Of a DNA stretch of 64,000 bases, positions 18,132 through 27,428 are shown piece by piece (the first letter of the stretch is position 1; every line of letters begins with the position of its first letter). This stretch comes from an uncultured virus (IMG/VR IMGVR_UViG_3300020165_000015) (taxonomy: Duplodnaviria > Heunggongvirae > Uroviricota > Caudoviricetes): IMG/VR virus record IMGVR_UViG_3300020165_000015. One strand, written 5' to 3'. The notes under the pieces were generated by a model. That model was not told the DNA's origin and made no database searches. It was given only the letters and a program-made list of their open reading frames with translations. A program made the translations under genes and the position numbers.

Positions 18132-18835
18132 TCTATCTCTATATGTAGAAAAGACTCTAAGGCTCGTTCCTCGTGGTATATACTGGGTGGGTTTAATGTT
18201 GTTGATGACATGTGACCGTCTATGTGAATGTCGAATGCTTGAGAACATCTAGCCTCCTGTCTCGTGTTGGAGTCTACGGAATGCACGATGAGTGGACTAA
18301 ACAAATGCAAGTCACCTCTTATGTTTTCTACCCATCCCTTACCTTGATACCATGTACCGTATTCTCTATGGTCGTTATGACTAAGGAATATATTACCGCT
18401 AATCATGTGTTGGTTTACGATAGGAATGATGTGTTGTTGTGACTTATCTATTTCCCAATCGTGTTCCCCTATTTGATTTAACTCTAGACCCGCGTGAATG
18501 TGGGGTCTTATGCCTTCGCCTTTGTCCCATCGATTACACCAACTCTTAATAAACACATCCTTGCAGTCTCGTGTGTCTACGAATGACATGATTCTTTCTA
18601 TGAGATTGATACCCAGTTCGTCTTCGATAAGAGGTATCCAGTTATAGGTGGAATGTAGTGCAGTGAGACCAGTGTATCCATCGGAGTCTGCCCATACGAT
18701 ATTCTCGGGTGAGAATTCTTCGATAAGTTGTGTGTGATGTGTAGAAATAAGTTCTACAATGGAGTCACATTCGACTTCACTGTAGAACTTTGGTATGACT
18801 ATGTGATAGTCTTCGGATTGTCTTATAGAACCCAC
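18128..18835 (-). CDS. 2OG-Fe(II) oxygenase-like protein
   Basis: SWCN...PHIH...ISGNIF...GDLHLFS...HSV...RCSQAFD. Confidence 0.8.
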   Translation of the reverse strand: MGSIRQSEDYHIVIPKFYSEVECDSIVELISTHHTQLIEEFSPENIVWADSDGYTGLTALHSTYNWIPLIEDELGINLIERIMSFVDTRDCKDVFIKSWCNRWDKGEGIRPHIHAGLELNQIGEHDWEIDKSQQHIIPIVNQHMISGNIFLSHNDHREYGTWYQGKGWVENIRGDLHLFSPLIVHSVDSNTRQEARCSQAFDIHIDGHMSSTTLNPPSIYHEERALESFLHIEID

Positions 18836-19701
18836 AGTTCAAGATACCTGTCGGATTTAGGGTCTTTCCCTTCTCCTTTTAAATGTAGAAAGCTACATTG
18901 TTGACTGATATCTCTGTACTCGTGTTCAAAGGTAATGAATTGTGCTTGTTGGTCTCCACCAAGTCCTCTCCATTCTCCTTCATTCTCGAATGATGGTCGT
19001 ACATTGGTTTCCCATTTCTGATTCATTTCCAAGTTTGCAAACTCATCACCAATAATGTATTGACCTACGATACCATGGTTAGTGTTTAACACCATACCTT
19101 TGTTCTCTGCAATTTGGTCTTCGATGTATTGCTGTACGTTTGTACCATACTTTTCTTGAATGCCTGCTTTGTCAGCGAGGAAATTGTCGATAATGTACTT
19201 ACCATCACCTTGTACCCAGCCACAGAAATGTGGGAAGTATTGAGTATCCCCATCTTCCATCCAGTTTCTTTCTTGAAAGAAGAATGATGTATTATTCTCT
19301 TTGATAGCTGCAGTTTCTTCATCTGTGAAGGTGAAGTTGCATTCGTCTGTAGTACCTTTAGAAGGTAGACCTTCGTATATGACGGATGTACACATTTGTC
19401 TTGCAACGACTCTTGCATTGACATAGGTACACTTAGATTCTTCTCTAAGTCCCTTCATATCTCCGTCCCATAGTAAGACTTGATACCATTCGTCATGAAT
19501 GATTTCGGGGTCTTTCATTAATGGGATAACACGGATGCCTTCATCAAGACCTGTAGGGTCATCGGTATAGCAAGATAACCTTGCGATGGACATACCGTCA
19601 TTTGTTAGACTTCTCTGTCTGTCTAACGATAACTTTAATCGATTTACATCTTCAGATGTAACTCCAAGACCATCGGTCTTAATTGTAACCACTTCAAACA
19701 T
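18823..19701 (-). CDS. glycosyltransferase-like protein, possibly inactive
   Basis: VNRL...CYTDDPTGLDEGIRVIPL...WY resembles phage GT-A family; DxD position reads NAR. Confidence 0.55.
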   Translation of the reverse strand: MFEVVTIKTDGLGVTSEDVNRLKLSLDRQRSLTNDGMSIARLSCYTDDPTGLDEGIRVIPLMKDPEIIHDEWYQVLLWDGDMKGLREESKCTYVNARVVARQMCTSVIYEGLPSKGTTDECNFTFTDEETAAIKENNTSFFFQERNWMEDGDTQYFPHFCGWVQGDGKYIIDNFLADKAGIQEKYGTNVQQYIEDQIAENKGMVLNTNHGIVGQYIIGDEFANLEMNQKWETNVRPSFENEGEWRGLGGDQQAQFITFEHEYRDISQQCSFLHLKGEGKDPKSDRYLELWVL

Positions 19702-19806
19702 TTAACACTCCTATAAAAATAATATATTTGATTTCTGATTTTATTTAGGGTATAAAAAACCCTTCATACTTCTATTATAAGATATATGAAGGGTCTCGTC
19801 AACTGG

Positions 19807-19920
19807 CTATTTAAACATTTCTTCTACAAGAACGTGTATGTCACCACTCTTCATCATATCGTTAAATTTGTCTGCTAGTGTCCTAAGATACGAGGCAGAC
19901 AATGATGCGTAATATTGCAT
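19807..19920 (-). CDS. small protein (37 aa)
   Basis: MQYYASLSASYLRTLADKFNDMMKSGDIHVLVEEMFK with AGGAG SD. Confidence 0.6.
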   Translation of the reverse strand: MQYYASLSASYLRTLADKFNDMMKSGDIHVLVEEMFK

Positions 19921-19995
19921 TTTTATCTCCTATATTTGTCGTAACAATCTGATACTCGGACTTCGAACTTAATCTACTTACTCTTGTATCGTACT

Positions 19996-20031
19996 TGTTA
20001 CATAAGTGTGACATTTATGTGTCACACTTAT
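19996..20031 (-). promoter_or_regulatory. Pho-box-like 11-bp periodic repeat overlapping a palindrome
   Basis: TGACACA-taaa-TGTCACA-ctta-TGTAACA; ATAAGTGTGACA-N6-TGTCACACTTAT. Confidence 0.5.
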
Positions 20032-20050
20032 ATATAGGTGAATCAACAAC

Positions 20051-20692
20051 TTAGAAGTTGTATAGTAATCCTACTGATATACTATCTGCAACTTGGTCTT
20101 CGAACACATCTTGACCAATCATACCTGTTAAGGTAAAACTCTCATTCAAGTCATAACTCACATTGAGTTGACCGAATGTATCTTCACTGTCATATAGACC
20201 ACCAACCAATGTTACGTCCAATACTGGAATGAACCATAGGTCATATCCAATCTCGGCATAGTTATCATTCGTATCAATATCTTGATAGTATGATAAGGAT
20301 AGGTTGCCAATATCTGCAGCTGCATATAACTCTTCAAAAGATTCCACTGACCCATCGTATGTATATCTGATATACCCAACGTTCAATGTTACCTTGTCGG
20401 TTATAGGTAGTAATAGACCACCATAGAAATCTGTCTCACTGGTTGCATCATCAAACTCAACGTCTGAGTTCCATGCACCAACATATAGTCCAGTTCCCTC
20501 GTGAAGAACCAAACCACCGACTGACAATGCTGGTTGGTTTCCTTGTGAGACACCTCTCCATACATAGTCTGATTTATAACCTATCTCACCAGTGAAAGAA
20601 AATGATGGTGTTGATTCCACCCCTGCTCTTTCATCTGCTAAGACTCCAAATGACATTACTGTAAACAATAATGTTGCTAATATATTTTTCAT
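20051..20692 (-). CDS. TorF/Gcw_chp-family putative porin
   Basis: Signal peptide, SDYVWRGVSQ, GLYVGAWNSDV, ETDFYGG, C-terminal YNF. Confidence 0.85.
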   Translation of the reverse strand: MKNILATLLFTVMSFGVLADERAGVESTPSFSFTGEIGYKSDYVWRGVSQGNQPALSVGGLVLHEGTGLYVGAWNSDVEFDDATSETDFYGGLLLPITDKVTLNVGYIRYTYDGSVESFEELYAAADIGNLSLSYYQDIDTNDNYAEIGYDLWFIPVLDVTLVGGLYDSEDTFGQLNVSYDLNESFTLTGMIGQDVFEDQVADSISVGLLYNF

Positions 20693-20739
20693 ATATTCTC
20701 CTTTTTTTATTATCATGATTTTATTATCATGATTAGTAC

Positions 20740-20815
20740 TGGTGGAGCTAGAGGGAATCGAACCCACGACCTACTGATTGCAAACCAGTCGCTCTCCCAA
20801 CTGAGCTATAGCCCC
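20740..20815 (-). tRNA. tRNA-Ala (TGC)
   Basis: GGGGCTA/TAGCTCC acceptor with G3:U70, loop TTTGCAA, TTCGATT, encoded CCA. Confidence 0.95.
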
Positions 20816-20821
20816 AGTAAA

Positions 20822-20983
20822 CTATTCTTTAATTTGTTTTGTCTTTCTTGACTTATAGACTTTCTTTTTAGACTCGTCTATGTTAGGTGTAGATTTATCG
20901 TCTGCAACAAAACGACCTTTCTCGTCTCTTGCTCTGACCCATTCAAATCCTAACCAGTCTGTGAATTTATCCCAAAATGCCAT
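20822..20983 (-). CDS. small basic protein (53 aa)
   Basis: MAFWDKFTDWLGFEWVRARDEKGRFVADD...; AAGGAG SD. Confidence 0.7.
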   Translation of the reverse strand: MAFWDKFTDWLGFEWVRARDEKGRFVADDKSTPNIDESKKKVYKSRKTKQIKE

Positions 20984-20997
20984 AAATTACTTCTCCT

Positions 20998-21627
20998 TTA
21001 CACCGTTTTATAGTGTACGTTACCTGCTACCGATATCCTTTCACCTTGTGGGTCATGGAATGGGTAGACAGAATGATTCAACCACGATGGGAAGATAAGT
21101 ATATCTCCCTTCTCGGGGTAATGTGACATGGATGTCCAATTCATAAAATTGTTCTCTCCATAATGTAAGTCTATATGACCAGCAAGTGGTCTAGACTCTT
21201 TCGTTGTGGCCCTATCAAATTGATTATTGATAGCGACATCTCGTTTGATGGTGTTCTTTGTGTAGAATACGAAACTAAACATACCATCATGTGCATGAAT
21301 AGGATTGTATTCAAATTCTTTCTGTAGATTAACCCAAAGGCCCTCTATTTGCAGCTGTTCACTGTAAACTTCCATACCTATCTGTTGGGCCCATGTCACT
21401 ACATGGTCTAGAATGTGACTCTTTGTATTCTCGGTTACTACATCTTCAATGGATACTTGTGTATCAACTCTACCAGCAAGTAAGTCTGCACCTATCTTGT
21501 GGTCTTTGTTGTATCTACGTGATTCTATATCTCGATTAACTTCATCGATGACATCCATATCCATCTTTCCAACCCAAACTGGTGGGCCGAATGGTGTGAT
21601 GAGTTCACCTTCAGGGCTATTCTTCAT
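20998..21627 (-). CDS. 2OG-Fe(II) oxygenase
   Basis: LWVN...YNPIHAH...FSFVFY...IFPSWLNHSV...RISVAGN. Confidence 0.88.
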   Translation of the reverse strand: MKNSPEGELITPFGPPVWVGKMDMDVIDEVNRDIESRRYNKDHKIGADLLAGRVDTQVSIEDVVTENTKSHILDHVVTWAQQIGMEVYSEQLQIEGLWVNLQKEFEYNPIHAHDGMFSFVFYTKNTIKRDVAINNQFDRATTKESRPLAGHIDLHYGENNFMNWTSMSHYPEKGDILIFPSWLNHSVYPFHDPQGERISVAGNVHYKTV

Positions 21628-21856
21628 CTGACCTCTTTTCAGTAAGGACTGCATGTGGCAATCCATTCTTTCTTCTTCTCACGAACTCGTTTGCAATCTT
21701 CTGACGCAATTTACCTTTCCCTCGTTGTGTAAGTATCTTATTGTATTCTTCAATAAGCTCTTTCAGTGGAGTAGATTTCATATAATAATGTGTTACTGAA
21801 ACTTTTCCTGTTCCACGTGCAACGGTTTTTTGGGTTGGTTTAAATTTTGTCGGCAT
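21617..21856 (-). CDS. basic hypothetical protein
   Basis: AAGGAG before MPTKFKP. Confidence 0.7.
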   Translation of the reverse strand: MPTKFKPTQKTVARGTGKVSVTHYYMKSTPLKELIEEYNKILTQRGKGKLRQKIANEFVRRRKNGLPHAVLTEKRSDEE

Positions 21857-22022
21857 TTTGCTCCTTGGTTCGGGGTTTATGTTTAACATGCCAGTCATGA
21901 CTACAATATGCATCACAAAAAACATGCACTGGTTTTTGGTTGATTGGTGTGTGGTATTTGACTTGTGTCATATCTAGTTCTTTTTTACACTCACTACATT
22001 TAATCTTGTTCATCGAAGTCAC
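21840..22022 (-). CDS. small zinc-finger protein
   Basis: CSEC...FCDAYC. Confidence 0.65.
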   Translation of the reverse strand: MTSMNKIKCSECKKELDMTQVKYHTPINQKPVHVFCDAYCSHDWHVKHKPRTKEQNADKI

Positions 22023-22644
22023 TTCCTTCTTCGTTATGTCGTTTAAACCATATTGCTAGAACGTATCTTTCACCTTGAAAGAGAGGTTCCACTCCATGCC
22101 ACCTTTCAGTGGAATTGTTGAATGCAACCATGGTTCCTGTTCGTGGTTGTAAGATATGTCCTTCGACATTCAAACGTCCACCTTGATAATTGTCATTCAA
22201 CATAAAGATTGTTGTACCTGTATCATCTTGGTCTGCTTCATCTTTATGCCATTGGAACATTGTATCCGTTGGATATTTCATTATCGTAGCATACGTTATT
22301 TCTCCAAACTCTGCAGTTTTAGGAAGATATGGCTCCACTAAGTCTAGAACTTCCTCGAATGGTGTAGTACCTTGTTCCAGTACAGTCACATCGTGTCCAG
22401 TACGTGGATGTTCGTATCTCCATGATTTATCCATAACAGACAGTTCTTTGGCACATATCTGTCCATTATCCTCTTGGAAAACTTCGGATATTACCATTCT
22501 ATCCATTACATTTATAATAACATCACATGACTCTTGTGTCAATACGCTATCTGCAATCATTAGTAGATTGGATGCAGTCTCCTCATACTCATGTGAAGCA
22601 TCTTTGACTACTTGTGTACTGACTACTAGTTTTCGTATCGGCAT
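22000..22644 (-). CDS. 2OG-Fe(II) oxygenase (prolyl-hydroxylase-like)
   Basis: WHKD...LNDNYQGG...WHGV...RYVLAIW. Confidence 0.9.
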   Translation of the reverse strand: MPIRKLVVSTQVVKDASHEYEETASNLLMIADSVLTQESCDVIINVMDRMVISEVFQEDNGQICAKELSVMDKSWRYEHPRTGHDVTVLEQGTTPFEEVLDLVEPYLPKTAEFGEITYATIMKYPTDTMFQWHKDEADQDDTGTTIFMLNDNYQGGRLNVEGHILQPRTGTMVAFNNSTERWHGVEPLFQGERYVLAIWFKRHNEEGSDFDEQD

Positions 22645-23342
22645 TATCTGTCTCTATGATTTGGTACAGGGTGGAAGAATCTCACGTATGAGTATCTCCA
22701 TTTGTCTTCACAATATTTGGTGTAATCATCTATCCATGCACCATGTAATTTGTTACCAGTGAAAATAACACATGTGTTGTATTTGGCTGGTATGATGTAA
22801 TCAATCTCAAACTCTTCTTCAACTGGATATAGAACACCCATATGTTCCATGTTGGTAATCCACTCACCTTTATATACTGCAGTTCCACCGCTCTCTTCTT
22901 TATCCATGTATACTAACATATTCAATGTGGACTTATCATCGGGTGTGATGAAATCACTGTCGATGTGTGGGTAGTGTTGCATTCTAGTATCAAACTCTGT
23001 TATTGTTTGAAAACAATTAAACTCATGAATCTGTTTGTAGTCATAGTCTCCTGTCCACCAGTATTTTCTACATAGTTCTAGGATTCTATCCATTTCATTA
23101 ATCCCGACTCTAGTAGGATGTCCTATCTTGTCTGTAATACGACAATCATTGTATACGGTACCATTGGGTGAATCTCTTTCTGTAGAGTATTTCCACATAG
23201 GGTACTGTCTACTTGAGATGTGGTCATATATGTCTTCGGGGTTCTCAAAGAAATCGTGTATTGTGAGAACACCATTCTCGAATTCATAATCTAGTTTGGG
23301 GTTGATTGCATACAGCTCATCAAGTGCGTAAGTCTTTTTCAT
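22644..23342 (-). CDS. 2OG-Fe(II) oxygenase-like protein
   Basis: IHDFFENPE, PHID, GGTAVY, KYN...LHGA...R. Confidence 0.85.
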   Translation of the reverse strand: MKKTYALDELYAINPKLDYEFENGVLTIHDFFENPEDIYDHISSRQYPMWKYSTERDSPNGTVYNDCRITDKIGHPTRVGINEMDRILELCRKYWWTGDYDYKQIHEFNCFQTITEFDTRMQHYPHIDSDFITPDDKSTLNMLVYMDKEESGGTAVYKGEWITNMEHMGVLYPVEEEFEIDYIIPAKYNTCVIFTGNKLHGAWIDDYTKYCEDKWRYSYVRFFHPVPNHRDR

Positions 23343-23350
23343 AATATTAT

Positions 23351-24106
23351 TTATTTGCCGTCAAAAAGGTGACGATATGACATATTGTCACCAGTAGTAT
23401 TGCTGTTGAATTGTTCTCTTAGTTTAAGGTTGAATGATAGTGAATATCTCAGTTCTTTGCTTTCTGATTCCATAGACGGTGGAACAGCATGCATCAAATA
23501 AGACGGCCAAAGTAGGAAATCACCAGCCGTTGGGTAGAACATCATATCAGACTGAAATCCAGTACATCCAGTAAACTCCATATGGGGTTTATCATTGAAC
23601 GTTCTCAAATCCTCAACTCCATTATGTACATGACATGCAGCCATGTTAGGATTCCAAAACTTGATTGGTCTGTCGGATGAATTGATATACCATGTACCAC
23701 TCATATGTGAATCTACGTGATTGTGTATTTCGTGTTGATGCTCTGCATCATATCTGTTGACCCATGCAAACAGATGTATATCGTCTCTGCAGTATTGTCT
23801 AACATCTCTATCGAATTGTGTTCTTACGAACTCGATATAGGTATCTTTGATTGTGTTTGAGAAATCCTTGAACCATGGTAAGATATGAGTTTGAGTTCTT
23901 ATGTCCTCATCAAAGTATGATGTGTAATTAGACAACTTGTCCTTGTTACTCTTTCCAGCAACATGGTCAATCAACTTGTCTATATCTCTCTTCACCAAGC
24001 CTGGTGAGTAATCTAATTGACCCCTCAAGAATGGTGTCGCAAACATAGGTATCACCCTATGTCGTGCTGGTTGAAACTTCTGTTGGTCTTGTTTCGCTGG
24101 TTTCAT
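23351..24106 (-). CDS. 2OG-Fe(II) oxygenase
   Basis: AWVN...HNH...SGTWY...WPSYLMHAV...RYSLSFN. Confidence 0.88.
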   Translation of the reverse strand: MKPAKQDQQKFQPARHRVIPMFATPFLRGQLDYSPGLVKRDIDKLIDHVAGKSNKDKLSNYTSYFDEDIRTQTHILPWFKDFSNTIKDTYIEFVRTQFDRDVRQYCRDDIHLFAWVNRYDAEHQHEIHNHVDSHMSGTWYINSSDRPIKFWNPNMAACHVHNGVEDLRTFNDKPHMEFTGCTGFQSDMMFYPTAGDFLLWPSYLMHAVPPSMESESKELRYSLSFNLKLREQFNSNTTGDNMSYRHLFDGK

Positions 24107-24348
24107 AGTTTAATCGCCAATAATAGTAAAATTGATATTAGTAATATGTTTGTCATGAAGATACCGATTGCAAGAATGGTATGATACCAAATCCATCTTG
24201 TCTTGTACGCATTCTCAATTGATATGTCGTTGGGGTCAACATCATCTTCCATCATGTCGATTTTTTTAGGTTCTATCGACACATCATACACGATTTCTTT
24301 ATCTTCTTGCCAAGCCCAATCTACAAATTTGTCAAACCACTTAGTCAT
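24103..24348 (-). CDS. small membrane protein
   Basis: C-terminal hydrophobic helix. Confidence 0.65.
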   Translation of the reverse strand: MTKWFDKFVDWAWQEDKEIVYDVSIEPKKIDMMEDDVDPNDISIENAYKTRWIWYHTILAIGIFMTNILLISILLLLAIKL

Positions 24349-24886
24349 CCGCCTTCTCTATTTTAACTGCAACCCCCTTCTCATTTCCTTTCGGGGTTTT
24401 GATAGTAACGTTTCTGTAGTATACAACTACTTCACCTAATTGCTTTATGTATCGTTTGAGTTCTTGCATGTTTGCACTCATGACCTCATAGTCTCCTATG
24501 GTAGTCGCAACGAATACAACCTCACCACCATTCTGTTCTTTCATTTCATCTAAGAAATAATCAAGGTGTGTGTAACCAACTGGCCACTCGGGATTGTCTC
24601 TGTCCTCAAGGTTACATGTCTTAGGACGTTTAAGTTGTTCTACACCCTCTTCATCGAACTTCTTAGGGTCAAATGATAGGGTCTTTCTGCATAGGTTATC
24701 TTTCTTTGCCTCTGATACAACAAACCATGTAGGTGCAGTCATTTCAATAGGTCTTGGTAATGTAGGTTGAATGATATCTATTTCAATAGGTGCAGATACA
24801 ACCTCAATCTGCTTGGTTCCTAATAAACTACAACCACTAATCGTCGCGATTAGACTCGTCAAGATTATAAATTTCTTGTGTATCAT
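24341..24886 (-). CDS. outer-membrane lipoprotein, probable o-spanin
   Basis: Lipobox ISGC, Pro-rich segment, ELKRYIKQ..VVYY; overlaps upstream coiled-coil gene. Confidence 0.65.
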   Translation of the reverse strand: MIHKKFIILTSLIATISGCSLLGTKQIEVVSAPIEIDIIQPTLPRPIEMTAPTWFVVSEAKKDNLCRKTLSFDPKKFDEEGVEQLKRPKTCNLEDRDNPEWPVGYTHLDYFLDEMKEQNGGEVVFVATTIGDYEVMSANMQELKRYIKQLGEVVVYYRNVTIKTPKGNEKGVAVKIEKADD

Positions 24887-25220
24887 CTTCTATTCCCTCA
24901 AATACTCTATCAGTTCCACGATTGAACTTACCTGTCATTATACCAGGCTTTGCAACTGCAAGAGCGTTTAAATTATGTCTTTGGAATATCTGTAGATACT
25001 CCGCCTTTTCTGCTTCAATCGATGCATTTTTACGACTCATGTTTTGTAATGCTTTACCCTGTTTCTCAAACTGTTCTTTCATTACTTCCATAGCACGTTG
25101 TTGTTCTTCTACTGCAGCTTCTAACTTAATGTTATTTTGGGTAAGTGTTTGATTCTCATTATACAAAAAGAAACAAAACAATCCCACTGCTACTAGAAGA
25201 CCCATAGTTAATTGATTCAT
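24837..25220 (-). CDS. probable i-spanin
   Basis: N-terminal TM helix followed by coiled coil. Confidence 0.65.
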   Translation of the reverse strand: MNQLTMGLLVAVGLFCFFLYNENQTLTQNNIKLEAAVEEQQRAMEVMKEQFEKQGKALQNMSRKNASIEAEKAEYLQIFQRHNLNALAVAKPGIMTGKFNRGTDRVFEGIEDDTQEIYNLDESNRDD

Positions 25221-25480
25221 TAATCTATCTCCTCTATTTTTACTTCAAGTCCTTTGACCGAACGTATCTCTACTACGTTCTTGGTTTCATAGTCTTTGAA
25301 TTTTAAATGTTTCGGTCTATTAATCATGACATTTCTTGATACATATTCCGACTTGTACATATTACCACCTTCCGATTGACGGTAGATTGTAATCTTGTAT
25401 TCTGCTTTGAATAGGGATTTCAGCCATTCCCAAATGACCCATACCCCTCTACGCATGAATACTCCTATCTTTTTAAGCAT
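25220..25480 (-). CDS. hypothetical protein
   Basis: ORF overlapping both neighbours. Confidence 0.65.
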   Translation of the reverse strand: MLKKIGVFMRRGVWVIWEWLKSLFKAEYKITIYRQSEGGNMYKSEYVSRNVMINRPKHLKFKDYETKNVVEIRSVKGLEVKIEEID

Positions 25481-26105
25481 AGTCTATCCATCCTGTTATT
25501 ATTTTCTTCTCTCCCTTCAATGGTGGGTTGCCTCTATGCATATGCGTAAAACCAGCAGGCCACAATACAATGTCACCTCTCTTTGGTTTGATACGTAATG
25601 ATTGATATAGGAATTCTAACTCACCCCCCTCTTCCACGTCATTTAGGAAGATTGCCCATGCCAGTAGGGATTTACTGCTTGATGGACAATTACAATGTTC
25701 ACAATGCCAGACATGATATCCTTGTTGTGGTAGTGTCTTTTGAATCTTTGCACCACTGACCATAAGACCCCTGTAGTTGTCTCGGACTGGGTACTTGTCA
25801 AACCAACTATCAATTACCCCACCTTCCTCTTCGAAGATGTCTAGTAATCGATTCATCTGACCACCGAAATATGATTCGGGTACTGAAGTGATGCTGATTG
25901 CATCGTCTGATTTGGATGTAATGATTTGTGTATCGTAGGACTTTCTTGGTAGTGTTAAACCACGGTCTTCACACTTCTGATATATGTCTAACACATAGTC
26001 AATAAACTCATCCGTGGCAAAACCTTGGTATAACAGAACATGCTCACCCAAGTCTTCTATAGTTCGTTCTTGTTCTTGTTGTTGTCGATGTATTTCTCGT
26101 CTCAT
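25473..26105 (-). CDS. 2OG-Fe(II) oxygenase
   Basis: YHVWHCE, FLNDVEEGGELEF, FTHMHRGNPP, KKIITGW. Confidence 0.92.
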   Translation of the reverse strand: MRREIHRQQQEQERTIEDLGEHVLLYQGFATDEFIDYVLDIYQKCEDRGLTLPRKSYDTQIITSKSDDAISITSVPESYFGGQMNRLLDIFEEEGGVIDSWFDKYPVRDNYRGLMVSGAKIQKTLPQQGYHVWHCEHCNCPSSSKSLLAWAIFLNDVEEGGELEFLYQSLRIKPKRGDIVLWPAGFTHMHRGNPPLKGEKKIITGWIDYA

Positions 26106-26169
26106 AATTTTTATATACCAAAAAGTATGGAATTAATCCATACTCTTATTTAGTGTCACTGTAAAACGG

Positions 26170-26246
26170 TGGCACCCCCGAGAGGACTTGAACCTCTAAC
26201 CTACAGCTTAGAAGGCTGTTGCTCTATCCAGTTGAGCTACAAGGGC
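26170..26246 (-). tRNA. tRNA-Arg (TCT)
   Basis: Cloverleaf, ACAGC-CTTCTAA-GCTGT anticodon arm, TTCAAGT, encoded CCA. Confidence 0.95.
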
Positions 26247-26247
26247 A

Positions 26248-26751
26248 TTATTCACCGTTTCTTAACTCTTTCAACTGTGCAATAGTATCTTCTGCACTCG
26301 TGTGAAGGATACCTATTCCACCATGTTCTACCCATGCATCAAGGTTCTTTTGTCTGTCATCAATAAGGACACTCCCTTTGATTGCAAACATACCTTTTTG
26401 ACTACCAGTCATAGTACAAGTGACTACCACTGTTGGACTGACATGTTCTCTAATCCACTCATTCTTGTCGTAAACGACCAATTCTCTGTTAATCACACCA
26501 GCTGCAGTTAGGATTTCCCAAGGCAATCCAGTGTGTCTTACATACCCAACCAAATCATACATATCAGGCATAGGTGGTAAGTTTCTGAACAATCTCTTGT
26601 TCGTTAACTCTTCCTTCCTTTCGTCATAATCGTTATGACCTTGGTCGGTGTTAGGGAACTCTCTCCCTGTCAATGTTTCAACTCCAGTGTTGAAATCGGC
26701 TAGTACTCCATCCATATCGATGAAGATTCTCTTTACTCTTTTATTTTCCAT
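26248..26751 (-). CDS. 5'(3')-deoxyribonucleotidase (HAD, NT5C-like)
   Basis: DMDGVLADF, ILT, K..W, LIDD; promoter at 26758-26787. Confidence 0.88.
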   Translation of the reverse strand: MENKRVKRIFIDMDGVLADFNTGVETLTGREFPNTDQGHNDYDERKEELTNKRLFRNLPPMPDMYDLVGYVRHTGLPWEILTAAGVINRELVVYDKNEWIREHVSPTVVVTCTMTGSQKGMFAIKGSVLIDDRQKNLDAWVEHGGIGILHTSAEDTIAQLKELRNGE

Positions 26752-26799
26752 ACGTATAGTATAACCTAAAACAGGGGCCATTGTCAAGGCATTTCGGGC

Positions 26800-27243
26800 C
26801 TATTCCCAAAATATTTTGTATAGTTTTTCTTCCTTTGCATATGCCTCACGCTCCCATGGTTGACGGCTATAAGGGGTTGTGGAATAGTCTTTTTTCTTCC
26901 AATTCTGTTTAATTGGACTCAATTGTCCTGTAATGAACTGTTTTGCATGGACTAATTCGTGTGCAAGGTTCAACATCTGCTCCTCTAAGGAGAACTTTAG
27001 ATGCCCTGAGCATCGTGCTAGGTCGATTTGAACCCCATTTCGGTCTCCATAACAGTGTGCATAAGCTGATTCTTCTAGGGTGGTTAGAACGTTTAGTTCT
27101 ATTCTTATATCTTTACGTAATCTGGGCGATAAATAGGCAATACATGACTTAATATAAGTTCTGATACGCCGTTTTTGTGCAATTTGACCATTAATTTGAA
27201 TGTCAATCAAAGGGTATATTTCCTTTCTCTGTAGTCGTGCCAT
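26800..27243 (-). CDS. zincin-like metallopeptidase domain protein
   Basis: LAHELVHAKQ...PWEREAY; promoter at 27245-27274 suggests a slightly later start. Confidence 0.8.
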   Translation of the reverse strand: MARLQRKEIYPLIDIQINGQIAQKRRIRTYIKSCIAYLSPRLRKDIRIELNVLTTLEESAYAHCYGDRNGVQIDLARCSGHLKFSLEEQMLNLAHELVHAKQFITGQLSPIKQNWKKKDYSTTPYSRQPWEREAYAKEEKLYKIFWE

Positions 27244-27278
27244 AATTATATCAAAATTGCTAGGTCATTGTCAAGGCC

Positions 27279-27428
27279 TTATTCGTCTTCTTCTAACTCC
27301 TCTTGCATATCCTCGTCAATCTCTGCACCACAGAAGGGACAATGGTCTATTCCATATGGGTGTGCATCCATCTCATGAATGACTAAACATTCAGATTTAC
27401 AATCCGAACAATGTATCCTAATCTTCAA
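27279..27428 (-). CDS. zinc-ribbon protein (49 aa)
   Basis: TTG start after AGGAG; CSDC...CPFCG, acidic tail. Confidence 0.7.
   Translation of the reverse strand: MKIRIHCSDCKSECLVIHEMDAHPYGIDHCPFCGAEIDEDMQEELEEDE

Noticed and set aside
20007..20026. CRP site linked to the cyclase
   Set aside because: TGTGA and TCACA are 10 nt apart, not 6.
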